Source: Candidatus Eiseniibacteriota bacterium
Lineage (GTDB): Bacteria > Eisenbacteria > RBG-16-71-46 > CAZAMP01
Assembly (NCBI GenBank): GCA_965224245.1
Contig: OZ245046.1
Coordinates: forward strand, 3,120,484-3,184,483
Direction of reading: 5' to 3'
DNA: 64,000 bases
The position numbers and the translations under genes were made by a program. The notes beneath the pieces are model-generated. The model had not been told where the DNA came from. It did no database searches and saw nothing but the letters and a program-made list of their open reading frames with translations. Of this stretch, positions 46,421 to 55,128 are shown piece by piece (the first letter of the stretch is position 1; each line of letters opens with the position of its first letter).

Positions 46421-49400
46421 CTACCTCACTCTCTTGAGACGAGAGGCGGTGAAGTCCTCCTCGCCGAGCCCGATCTCGAACGTCCAGTCCTCGAACGACA
46501 GGAGCGTCGACTTGCCGGTCTGATGATTGACCATCTCCAGGAGGTGCGGCCGCCAGAACCGATCCAGGTACTGCACGTATCCGGCGTACGTCAGCGTCTT
46601 CAGGAGATCGTTCTTGCGGTCGTAGAAGTCGATCCGCTGGTACCGATACTCCGCCGCGTCGAACCAGACCACCTGTCTGGTGTAGCCGGAGTTCTCGTAG
46701 CGCGGTATGCGCTCCACGACGAAGCAGTCGACGCCGTCGAGGCGCTCGTCACGCAGCCAGCGATACTCGTACTTCTCCACCTCCTGCGAGAGCAGGTCCT
46801 CGTAGGCGAACTCGCTCCCCACGAAAGGGCCGGACTTGTTGGCCGACGAGATTCGCTTCACGCGCTCGATCGCGGGCAGATACAGCCATTGATCGTCGGG
46901 TTCGAGAACACGGGTGTGAGACAGGAACGCCGTGCCCTTCACGTCCCGGGGCGAGTCGAAGATCACGACGCTCTTCTCACCGTGCCCGGGCTCGGGGTCC
47001 TCGAGCGCTCGCCGGCGCAGCTCACGGCGGCTCTCGTCGCCGTTCCCGTTGCGGAGCACCATCCGGAGCGTGCTCTCGGTGTCGTGCCACCCGCTGTCCC
47101 GCCTGAACGCCTCGACGGCGATCGCGTGTCCTCTCCGAGCCGGATCGACCGCGCCGATCGACGCGTCGCCGGCCGACGGGCTCGGCTGCGCCAGGACGGC
47201 AGAGGCGCCGACCGCCGTCGTGAAGATCAGAAACAGCATCGTTCGCATGGCAACTTCTCCTTTTGCAAGCAGGGGGGTAACCGACCGAAGGGGCTTCTGG
47301 AGACGCTCGCGCACGCGCACGCGCCGGCGATCGAGCGCCATCAACAGCGTCGGGAGCAGAAGAAAGTCCACCGCCATCGCGCACACCACGGTGAGCGCGG
47401 TCAGCAGCCCCATGTAAGACGTGACCCGGAACGTGCTCAGTCCCAGCATCGCGAAGCCCGTGGACACGATGAGGGTCGTCCCGAGAATGGCGCTCCCGAC
47501 CTGGCGAAACGCGGCCTCCACCGCTCGCGCCGCGCTCTCGTCACGACGCGCGCGCCGGTACTTCGCGAGGAAGTGCACCGTGTCGTCCACGATGATCCCG
47601 ATCGAGAGACCCGCGACGATCGACACCGCGAACCCGACCTCTCCGATCGTCAGTGCCCAGATACCGAACGCCATCGCCGCCGGCAGCACGTTGGGCACGA
47701 GACTGATCAGGCCCAGACGCACGCTCCGGAGCGCGATCATGAGGATGATCGCGATCGCGCCGAACCCGATCGCGGTTCCCTTCAGCATGGACTGGACGTT
47801 TCGATCGGTGATCCTGGCGAACATGAGCGCGGGACCGACGCCTCTCGCCGAGGCCATGCTCGGAGCTCCGTTCTCACGCAGCCACGCCTCGGCGAGCTCG
47901 ACCTCGTGCTCGATCTCGTCGGTGTCGATCTCGTCGTACGTGACGTCGACGCGCAACGCGCGCTTGTCGACGTTGATCTCGTCGTTCACGTCGAGCCCGT
48001 AGGGCAGCGAGAGCTCGTAGAGAAGCAGGTACTGCGCCCCGAGGTCGCGGGTCTCGGGCAACCGGTGGTAGGCCGGGTCGTCACCGTGCATGTTCATGTT
48101 CAGGCGCTTCATCGTGTCGGTGAAGCTACGCACGTGGATCACGGCCCCGCGACCGCGCAGCCAGTCGGTGAACGCCTCCACTCGATCCAGAAACGCCGGA
48201 TCGCTGACCCCCTGCGTCTCGCCCGAATCCAGCGAGAAGCTGGCGACGTACTGGCCGGTCAGATGATCGAACGTGAACTCGGTGGCCTGCCGGAACGGAA
48301 GCGAGCGCGCGAAGTACTCGAAGAACTGATCGTTGATGTTCAACAGCGAGATCGAGCTTCCGAGAACCACCGTCACGAGGCTCGAAACGACGAGGACGTT
48401 CCGCCGGTGGCGGACGGTCAGCCTGGCGACCCACTCCGAGAGCCGCGCCGTTAGCGGGAGCCGTCCCCCGGTCACGCGGGGAGCCGGGAGGCTCGCGACC
48501 ACGGCGGGAAGCAGGGTCATCGCGTACACCCAGGCCACCACGACGCCCAGGGCGGTGAGGTTGCCGAGCAACCGGAACGGCGGTGCATCCGAGAAGTTCA
48601 GGCTCAGGAACCCGATGACCGTGGTCAGGCTCGTCAGGAACACGGGCTGAACGTTCACCTGCATGGCCTCGACGAGCGCGTCTTCTCGAGGTCGCCCCCG
48701 CCGCAGCGCGTTCAGATAGGACACCAGAACGTGAACGGAATCCGCGATCGCCAGGGTCAGGATGATCACCGGCGCCGCCGCCGACGCCGGGTCGAGCAGG
48801 AGCCCCATCCGGCCCGCGATGCCGAGCGCGACCGTCGTCGAGAGCACGATCACGAGCAGCGTCGCCACCGTGCCGGTGCCGGTGCGGAGGAACAGGAACG
48901 TGGCCAGAACCAGCATCCCGAACATCAGCGGCATCGCCAGGGACATGTCGCGCCGCGGCGAGTCGGCGAACGCGTCGTTCATCATCGAGATCCCCGAGAC
49001 GTGGAGCTCGATCTCCGGATACGCATCCCGGTAGCGCCGCTCGAGCTCTCGCACGCGCGCCACCGTGTCCCTGAGCTCCTGCTGCGACTTGCCGGGCAGC
49101 ACGATCCGGACGTTCACCCCGGTGGCCGAGCCGTCGGGCGCCACGATGCGTCGAACCAGGAGGGGCTCGGCCAGCGAGACCTCCCGCGCGCGCGCGACGA
49201 TCGCGGGTGTGATGCCCCCCCCGGGGACGAGATCCTCGACGACGAGCTCGTCGTCGTTCGCCCACGTGTGCTGGAAGTTCGTGATGGCGTCCACGCGCGT
49301 CGCGTACGGAATCCGCCATGCGTCGTCGGTCAGCGACCGGACCGCGTCGAGGACGCGGGGCGTGAACACGTCCTCGCCCTCCGGATGCAGGACGAAGAGA

Positions 49401-49624
49401 ACGTTGTCGTTCTTGGTGTACGTCTTCTCCATCGCCTCGAAGGCCAGGAGATCGGGATTGTCCTCGCTGAAGAAGACGCGGTAGTCGCTGGACAGGCCGA
49501 GCCGCGTGATGCCACTCCCCACGAGCACCGCGAGGAGCACGCTCGCCAGGATCACCCACCTCCGGTGCCGCACGATCCAGCGGGTGTAGCGCTCGATCGG
49601 GGCGCGTTCTCTCTCGTCTGCCAT
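46421..49624 (-). CDS. MMPL/RND-superfamily exporter (12 transmembrane helices) fused in frame to a C-terminal LolA-like / DUF1329-like periplasmic domain
   Basis: Two transmembrane bundles each have a large periplasmic loop (the first begins RWVILASVLLAVLVGSG). After the twelfth transmembrane helix (VDFLLLPTLLMALDRRR) the frame continues without a stop into MRTMLFLIFTTAVGASAVLAQP, a signal-peptide-like helix. A roughly 270-aa domain follows, containing YLPAIERVKRISSANKSGPFVGSEFAYEDL. Confidence 0.75.
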   Translation of the reverse strand: MADERERAPIERYTRWIVRHRRWVILASVLLAVLVGSGITRLGLSSDYRVFFSEDNPDLLAFEAMEKTYTKNDNVLFVLHPEGEDVFTPRVLDAVRSLTDDAWRIPYATRVDAITNFQHTWANDDELVVEDLVPGGGITPAIVARAREVSLAEPLLVRRIVAPDGSATGVNVRIVLPGKSQQELRDTVARVRELERRYRDAYPEIELHVSGISMMNDAFADSPRRDMSLAMPLMFGMLVLATFLFLRTGTGTVATLLVIVLSTTVALGIAGRMGLLLDPASAAAPVIILTLAIADSVHVLVSYLNALRRGRPREDALVEAMQVNVQPVFLTSLTTVIGFLSLNFSDAPPFRLLGNLTALGVVVAWVYAMTLLPAVVASLPAPRVTGGRLPLTARLSEWVARLTVRHRRNVLVVSSLVTVVLGSSISLLNINDQFFEYFARSLPFRQATEFTFDHLTGQYVASFSLDSGETQGVSDPAFLDRVEAFTDWLRGRGAVIHVRSFTDTMKRLNMNMHGDDPAYHRLPETRDLGAQYLLLYELSLPYGLDVNDEINVDKRALRVDVTYDEIDTDEIEHEVELAEAWLRENGAPSMASARGVGPALMFARITDRNVQSMLKGTAIGFGAIAIILMIALRSVRLGLISLVPNVLPAAMAFGIWALTIGEVGFAVSIVAGLSIGIIVDDTVHFLAKYRRARRDESAARAVEAAFRQVGSAILGTTLIVSTGFAMLGLSTFRVTSYMGLLTALTVVCAMAVDFLLLPTLLMALDRRRVRVRERLQKPLRSVTPLLAKGEVAMRTMLFLIFTTAVGASAVLAQPSPSAGDASIGAVDPARRGHAIAVEAFRRDSGWHDTESTLRMVLRNGNGDESRRELRRRALEDPEPGHGEKSVVIFDSPRDVKGTAFLSHTRVLEPDDQWLYLPAIERVKRISSANKSGPFVGSEFAYEDLLSQEVEKYEYRWLRDERLDGVDCFVVERIPRYENSGYTRQVVWFDAAEYRYQRIDFYDRKNDLLKTLTYAGYVQYLDRFWRPHLLEMVNHQTGKSTLLSFEDWTFEIGLGEEDFTASRLKRVR

Positions 49625-49644
49625 GACCCTCTCCTCCGTTCCAG

Positions 49645-49731
49645 GTTAGAAACCATTCGGTCAACAACTATTGGCTCGACGCCCCGAGACGGCCTTCGTG
49701 GCTAATTCGGAACCAATCAGTCAACAATACT
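49645..49731. promoter_or_regulatory. Two direct copies of an operator-like motif of about 18-29 bp upstream of the MMPL exporter gene
   Basis: CCATTCGGTCAACAACTA is at about 49652-49669. AATTCGGAACCAATCAGTCAACAATACTG is at about 49703-49731. The island is lower in GC. Confidence 0.4.
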
Positions 49732-49745
49732 GCTGCATGAAACCG

Positions 49746-50327
49746 TCACGCCCGAAGCGCGGACAGCATCAGATCGACGATGGACGAGCTCGTGAACGCC
49801 GGAGACGACTTCGAGACCGCCACCAGACCCGCGGACGTCGTCATCAGGTAGGTCGCCAGCTCCCCCGCCGTCGCATCCTGCCGGAAGTCGCCCGCCACCT
49901 GTCCCTCCTCGAGGGTCGCCGTCAGCGCCCGCGCGACGCGCATCTGGTGGTGTCGCAGCGTCTCGCGAACCTCCTCGTCGTGCGGTGCGAGCTCGACCAG
50001 GGTGTTCACAGCGAGACACCCCTGCTGGACGGCGCCATCGCTTCCCAGTCGCTGCACGAGCTCCAGGTACCGCCGGATCGCCTCCACCGGTGAGGACGCT
50101 CCCTCGATCGCCGCCCGCATCTCCCCGTGCAGCTGATCCAGATAGCGGGTCAGCACGCGGACGAAGAGCGCGTGCTTGCTTCCGAAGGCCTTGTAGATGC
50201 TCCCTTTCTGGAGCCCCGTGGCCTTCATCAGGTCGGCAAGCGACGTGGCTTCGTATCCATGCTCCCAGAACGGCTGCATCGCGGCGTCCAGCGCCTCGTC
50301 GATGTCGAACTCTCGCGGGCGAGCCAT
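49746..50327 (-). CDS. TetR-family transcriptional regulator
   Basis: I chose Met23 (MARPREFDIDEALDAA...). The helix-turn-helix is YEATSLADLMKATGLQKGSIYKAFGSKHALF. Confidence 0.8.
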   Translation of the reverse strand: MARPREFDIDEALDAAMQPFWEHGYEATSLADLMKATGLQKGSIYKAFGSKHALFVRVLTRYLDQLHGEMRAAIEGASSPVEAIRRYLELVQRLGSDGAVQQGCLAVNTLVELAPHDEEVRETLRHHQMRVARALTATLEEGQVAGDFRQDATAGELATYLMTTSAGLVAVSKSSPAFTSSSIVDLMLSALRA

Positions 50328-50372
50328 CTCGTCTCCTCGCATCCGGCTGACGGGTTGCCGGACGATACGCGA

Positions 50373-50401
50373 ATTCGGAACCAAATGGTTCACAATATTG
50401 T
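50373..50401. promoter_or_regulatory. Third copy of the 29-bp motif, containing the perfect palindrome GAACCAAATGGTTC, upstream of the TetR gene
   Basis: AATTCGGAACCAAATGGTTCACAATATTG matches about 23 of 29 positions of the copy at 49703-49731. Confidence 0.4.
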
Positions 50402-50411
50402 CGCTCCGGCG

Positions 50412-51566
50412 TCACCGTGGGCGCTCCGGCGCGACCGGATCGACGCCCAGGGCCAGGCGTCCGCTGAGGACCATCTGGCGCCGCTTCGGCAACGGGTGAA
50501 AGTGCATGGCACGAACGTCACGCGCGATCCGCTCCACGACGTGCCCGCGCATGAAACCCGGACCGCCGACGAGCTCGACCGCCAGGTCGACGGTCGCATT
50601 GACGGCGTCGGTCACGATCGACTTCCGGGTCAACATCTCGCTGCTGAGCGCCATCGACGGCGTGAATCCGTGATTCCCGTTCGCGCGGATCATGTCGGCC
50701 AGGCCCATCCTCGCGATGGTGAGTGCATTCGTCATCTCACCCACGACCGTCGCCAGCTCGTGTCCCCGGAACCGTGCGGCCTCGATCGCGCGCTCGGCGG
50801 CGACCTCGGCCAGACCGACGTAGGTCGAGGCAATCAACGGCAGGGCGGTGGGAATGATCACATCCCAGACCGGGTGCCACACGCCGGCCGGACGGCGCAA
50901 CAGGATCGCGGCCTCGGGGACGAAGATCCCGTCGAGGATGACGTCGTGCGAGCCGGTTCCCCGCATGCCGAGCGCGTCCCAGGTGTCGACCCGCTCGACG
51001 CCCTCGTGGGTGAAGGGCAGGGCGACGTGCAGCACCTCCCCGCCGTCCTCGGTCTCGTGATGGACGCTCGTCACGAACAGCTGCGCCCCGGGCGAGCCGC
51101 TGACGAACCGCTTGTGCGCCGTGATGCGGAAGCCGCCGGGCACCCGTTCGGCCGTCCCCGACGACGAGAGCCAGTCGTTGGCTCCGGTGGTCGCGATGAC
51201 CAGCTGTTCGTCCGCGATCCGGCGGAGCGTCCTGGCGGCACCTTCGTCGCCCTGTGCGTGCTTGAAGACGTTGGCGCCCACCGGGTGCGCGTGCATGGCG
51301 AACGCGAGGGACGTGGATCCGCACCCCCGCGCGAGGGTGCGGATCACGTCGCACGTCTCCTCGAACGTGGCCCCACCGCCTCCCAGCTCCGCGGGAATGC
51401 CGGCCCAGAACAGACCCGCCTCCCGGAGATCCCGGTAGTTCTCGTGGACGAACTCGCCGCTCGCGTCGTGCTCCGGTGCGCGCTCCCCGAATCGTTCGCT
51501 CAGATCCCGGGCCACGCTCACCCAGCGGGTACGATCTTCCGTCTGCTTCAGGCTCGCCGTGCTCAT
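50412..51566 (-). CDS. Acyl-CoA-dehydrogenase-fold flavoprotein, putatively the oxygenase component of a two-component flavin monooxygenase
   Basis: ACAD-family blocks include GLFWAGIPAELGGGGATF, HAHPVGANVF and ALGMRGTGSHDV. The start overlaps the flavin reductase stop (ATGA). Confidence 0.75.
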   Translation of the reverse strand: MSTASLKQTEDRTRWVSVARDLSERFGERAPEHDASGEFVHENYRDLREAGLFWAGIPAELGGGGATFEETCDVIRTLARGCGSTSLAFAMHAHPVGANVFKHAQGDEGAARTLRRIADEQLVIATTGANDWLSSSGTAERVPGGFRITAHKRFVSGSPGAQLFVTSVHHETEDGGEVLHVALPFTHEGVERVDTWDALGMRGTGSHDVILDGIFVPEAAILLRRPAGVWHPVWDVIIPTALPLIASTYVGLAEVAAERAIEAARFRGHELATVVGEMTNALTIARMGLADMIRANGNHGFTPSMALSSEMLTRKSIVTDAVNATVDLAVELVGGPGFMRGHVVERIARDVRAMHFHPLPKRRQMVLSGRLALGVDPVAPERPR

Positions 51567-52204
51567 CTCGATTCTCCTTCCGGCCTCGCGGCCGATCTCG
51601 TCATGGACTGGACACCCGAGGTCGCCGGCGCGGCCGCCTTCGGGGTCGGTTTCATGGGGTGGGGTACCCCGTAGGAACGGGCGGTGTAGAGGAGCGGGTC
51701 TCCCCCACGGCCGCTCACCGCCACCACGCGACCGATGAACACCGTGTGCGACCCGGCCGCGTGGGATTGCTCGAGCACGCAGTCGAAGGCGGCGACGGCA
51801 TCGCGCAGTCGAGGCGAGCCGGTCGCGCCGCGCGACCAGTCGCCGGGTGTGAACCCGTACGCGTCGCCGCTGGACGGGTGACCCGCGAACGTGTCCGCCA
51901 GCTCACGATGGCGCGCGGCGAGGAGGTTCACCGAGTAGACGCCGTTCTCGACGATCGCGTCGTGTGCGGGGCTTCGCCGGTTGACGCAGACCAGGATCAT
52001 CGGAGGATCGGCAGACACCGATGCGACCGAGCTCACGGTGATCCCGAACCGTCCGCCGGACCCGTCCGTGGTCAGAATGCCCACCCCGCTCACGGCGCTC
52101 GCCATCGCGTCGACGAAGTCCGCCCTGGCCACGGCCTGCGGGCGACGCTTGGCCCGACGGACGCCGGGCGCGGTAGGAGTGGTCCGAGTGCTCTGGATGA
52201 ACAA
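51563..52204 (-). CDS. NAD(P)H-flavin reductase (flavin reductase-like, HpaC/RutF family)
   Basis: FVDAMASAVSGVGILTTDGSGGRFGITVSSVASVSADPPMILVCV is the conserved FMN-reductase core. The start is uncertain (Met1 or Met34). Confidence 0.75.
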   Translation of the reverse strand: MFIQSTRTTPTAPGVRRAKRRPQAVARADFVDAMASAVSGVGILTTDGSGGRFGITVSSVASVSADPPMILVCVNRRSPAHDAIVENGVYSVNLLAARHRELADTFAGHPSSGDAYGFTPGDWSRGATGSPRLRDAVAAFDCVLEQSHAAGSHTVFIGRVVAVSGRGGDPLLYTARSYGVPHPMKPTPKAAAPATSGVQSMTRSAARPEGESR

Positions 52205-52226
52205 CGTGCTCCTCCTCGGTTCGGAA

Positions 52227-52248
52227 TTGGACCGACTAGTTGGTCCAA
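52227..52248. promoter_or_regulatory. 22-bp near-palindrome TTGGACCGACTAGTTGGTCCAA between the TetR gene and the flavin-reductase operon start
   Basis: The half-sites are TTGGACCGAC and TTGGACCAAC around a central ACTAGT. The same site in inverse orientation recurs at 52877-52896. Confidence 0.5.
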
Positions 52249-52270
52249 TTCACAGACAAATAGAACGCGA

Positions 52271-52864
52271 TCACGCGGACTGCCCGACCGGCCCGCGAAC
52301 GTCGCGGCGGAAACGATCCAGCGCCCGAACGACGTAGCTCCAATCGTCGTGCGCCTTTGCCAGGATCAATGCGCCCTCCACGACGATGATGAAGTGCTCG
52401 GCCAGGTCCTGGCTCGTGCTGGCGGCGGCGATCCCTTCGCCCGATGCCAGCGGCTCCATGCCCCCGGCCAGGTTTGCGGCGACCCTCTTGAACAGGTGCG
52501 ACACCGCCCGGTGGATCCTGGGGTTCGTGTCCCCGAGATCCAGTGCGAAGTTCCCGAGCAGGCAGCCCCTGCCCCACAGCTCCCCGGCGATCCCGGCGAT
52601 GTGATCCACGAGCACGAGCGCCCGCTCCACGGGGTCGGCGATCGCGCCCTGCGGCCCCCCGGCGATCAGGCGGTCGTTGCGCATCGCGAAGGCCTCCAGA
52701 ACGGCCAGGCCGAGATCCTCCTTCGTCGAGAAGAAGTGATAGAAGCTCCCCTTGCTCACGCCGGCGGCCTCGCAGATCTCGTCCACCCGGGTGGCCGGGT
52801 AGCCGCGGGTCAGCATCAGCTCCTCGGCGGCCTGGATGATCTTGTCTCTCGTCGTGTTGCTCAT
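52271..52864 (-). CDS. TetR-family transcriptional regulator
   Basis: I chose Met13 (MSNTTRDKIIQAAEELMLTRGYPATRVDEICEAAGVSKGSFYHFFSTKEDL). This is a classic TetR helix-turn-helix. Confidence 0.8.
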   Translation of the reverse strand: MSNTTRDKIIQAAEELMLTRGYPATRVDEICEAAGVSKGSFYHFFSTKEDLGLAVLEAFAMRNDRLIAGGPQGAIADPVERALVLVDHIAGIAGELWGRGCLLGNFALDLGDTNPRIHRAVSHLFKRVAANLAGGMEPLASGEGIAAASTSQDLAEHFIIVVEGALILAKAHDDWSYVVRALDRFRRDVRGPVGQSA

Positions 52865-52876
52865 GGGTCGAACTCT

Positions 52877-52896
52877 AGACCAACTAGTCGGTCCAA
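52877..52896. promoter_or_regulatory. Second copy (reverse complement) of the TTGGACC-N-ACTAGT-N-GGTCCAA palindrome, immediately upstream of the TetR start
   Basis: GACCAACTAGTCGGTCCAA lies about 13 nt upstream of the TetR ATG, in the divergent promoter shared with the metal-efflux locus. Confidence 0.5.
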
Positions 52897-53003
52897 TCAA
52901 GCCTTTTCTGAAGGAAAACCTCGACCCTGATCAACTCATTATTCGATTGGAAGTTAGGTCGACTTGACGGAACGCCGGCCACCGGTCCACACTCCCGAAA
53001 GCC

Positions 53004-53390
53004 ATGACACGATACCGTCCGGACACGAGATCGAGCACCTCTCGACGCGTGGCCCTCATCCTGGGCTTGCTCGCGATCCTCCTCGCCTCCACGCCGATCG
53101 AGGGGCTGAGCTCTCTCGTCCCCGCCACCGACGGGGACACATGTTGCGGTGAGCAGCCGGCGGACGACGCGACCGATCCGTCGAGCGCGGCGGAGCCGCC
53201 GTCCGGCGACGACTGCTGCCCGTCAGGCTGTCACGGTTGTTTTCTGAAGTGCTGCATGGGCCTTCTCAGCCTGCGTCCGGCACCGGTGTTGGCACTCCCC
53301 GACGTCACCTCCAGCGCGGCCGTCCTCGAGGCCTGCCGCGTCCCGGCCTCCGCGCCTCGCGGGGTCATCGAGCGCCCCCCCAAGCGCTAG
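53004..53390 (+). CDS. Small secreted Cys-rich protein, putative periplasmic metal-binding protein
   Basis: Signal peptide RRVALILGLLAILLAS. The Cys clusters are DTCCGEQP and DDCCPSGCHGCFLKCCMG. It is not Arg-rich, unlike the spurious ORFs, and lies immediately upstream of the MFP-RND pair. Confidence 0.4.
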   Translation: MTRYRPDTRSSTSRRVALILGLLAILLASTPIEGLSSLVPATDGDTCCGEQPADDATDPSSAAEPPSGDDCCPSGCHGCFLKCCMGLLSLRPAPVLALPDVTSSAAVLEACRVPASAPRGVIERPPKR

Positions 53391-53549
53391 CTCCGCCCCG
53401 CGGAACCGAGAACGAACCCCAGATTCCGTTCGTCTCGATCCACGTTCACACTCCGTCCGATGTTGGGGAGGAACCTTCATGCCTGCTCGCTTCCGGTGCC
53501 CCGAGCCTGACGGGTCGAGCGCCCGTGTGAAGACAGGAGATTACCCACG

Positions 53550-55115
53550 ATGAAGACAGACACGTCCCTGATGATCGCTCTGTTGCTGCCGTTCGCCGTC
53601 CTCCTGGGCTGCGGCGGCGGAGAGAGCGGAAGCGACGACGAGAGCGCCGCGACCACCGAGAGCTCGGAGGTCACGGTGACGATGTGCGAGCACGACATGT
53701 CCGAGGCTCGCTGCCCGTTCTGCAATCCCGAGCTGGTCGAGTCGATGGGTGCGTGCGCCGGACACGGCGGCATCCCCGAGGCCTACTGCTACCAGTGCAC
53801 CCCCGCGCTCATCCCCGCCTTCAAGGCGGTCGGCGACTGGTGCGCCGGGCACGATCGCCCCGAGTCGCAGTGCTACATCTGCAATCCCGAGCTCGATCCC
53901 GCCCGGAAATCCGGTGACGCACCCCCTGACCCGGGCGCGACCCTGCTGGAGGGCGTGACCGATCCTCCGGCCTCCAGCGGCGCCTTCGCGTCCCGGACCG
54001 AGCGACCGCCGGTCGTGCACTGCTCGACGCAGGGGCTCCTCGTGCGCCTCGAGAGCACGGACGTCGTCCGGCAGGCGGGCCTCGAGCTCGCGACCGCCGA
54101 CGTGCGACCGATCAGCAAGACGATCGAGTGCAACGCGGAGATCGCGTACGACGGCCTGCGCCACGCCCAGCTCGCCTCGCTGGTGCCCGGAATCGTCTCC
54201 GAGGTCCTGCACGACCTCGGCGACCCGGTCGCGGCCGGTGAAGCGCTCCTGACGATCACCTCCCCACACCTGGGCGCCGCCAAGGCGGCGTACCTCCAGG
54301 CTGGAGCCAAGGTGCAGCTCTGGGAGCGCAACCACGCCCGGGAGGCGGATCTCTTCGAACGGGGCGTGTCGACCGAGAAGGACCTCCTGGAGGCGGAGAG
54401 TCATCTCGCGGAGAGTCGGATCGCGCTCTCCGAGACGGAGCAGACACTGCTCGTCCTCGGCCTCACGAGCACGGAGATCGAAGCCGTTCGGCGAAACGAG
54501 GACACGACCGGCCGCTACGTCGTCACCGCACCCTTCGATGCGATCGTCGTGGATCGGCTCGCGACGATCGGCGAGGTCGTCGACGGATCGAAGACCCTCA
54601 TGTCGATCGCCGACGTCTCGAGCATGTGGGCGCTGATCGACGTCTACGAATCCGACCTCCGCGACGTGCGCGTCGGGCAGCCCGTGGTCCTGAGTGTCGA
54701 GGGGCTTCCGGGCGAGCCGGTCGCGGGACGCATCACCTGGGTCAGCTCGCGTGTCGATCCGCGCACGCGAACCCTGCGGGCCCGAGCGGAGCTCGCCAAC
54801 TCCGCGGGTATCCTCCGCGCGAACATGTTTGCGCGCGCGAGCATCGCGGTACGGAAGAGCACACCCAGCCTGGTGGTTCCGGCGGCGGCGGTGCAGTGGG
54901 AGGGCTGCTGCAACGTCGTCTTCGTGCGGAGGTCGGAGGCGGTGTTCGAGCCGCGGAAGGTCCACCTCGGCATCTCGACCGGCAGGCTGTACGAGGTGCT
55001 GGCCGGCCTCCAAACAGGCGAGGAGATCGTGACGGAAGGGAGCTTTCTCTTGAAGACCGAGATCCTGAAGGGAAGCATCGGAGCCGGTTGCTGCGAGGTG
55101 GACCCCGGAGCCTGA
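53550..55115 (+). CDS. Efflux RND periplasmic adaptor (membrane fusion protein, CzcB/CusB-like) with an N-terminal Cys/His-rich extension
   Basis: AGGAG precedes the ATG, and the lipobox is LLLPFAVLLGCGG. The N-terminal repeats are MCEHDMSEARCPFCNPELVESMGACAGH and AYCYQCTPALIPAFKAVGDWCAGHDRPESQCYICNPEL. A CC pair lies at the C-terminus. Confidence 0.8.
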   Translation: MKTDTSLMIALLLPFAVLLGCGGGESGSDDESAATTESSEVTVTMCEHDMSEARCPFCNPELVESMGACAGHGGIPEAYCYQCTPALIPAFKAVGDWCAGHDRPESQCYICNPELDPARKSGDAPPDPGATLLEGVTDPPASSGAFASRTERPPVVHCSTQGLLVRLESTDVVRQAGLELATADVRPISKTIECNAEIAYDGLRHAQLASLVPGIVSEVLHDLGDPVAAGEALLTITSPHLGAAKAAYLQAGAKVQLWERNHAREADLFERGVSTEKDLLEAESHLAESRIALSETEQTLLVLGLTSTEIEAVRRNEDTTGRYVVTAPFDAIVVDRLATIGEVVDGSKTLMSIADVSSMWALIDVYESDLRDVRVGQPVVLSVEGLPGEPVAGRITWVSSRVDPRTRTLRARAELANSAGILRANMFARASIAVRKSTPSLVVPAAAVQWEGCCNVVFVRRSEAVFEPRKVHLGISTGRLYEVLAGLQTGEEIVTEGSFLLKTEILKGSIGAGCCEVDPGA

Positions 55116-55128
55116 TCGGAGGAAGCGC

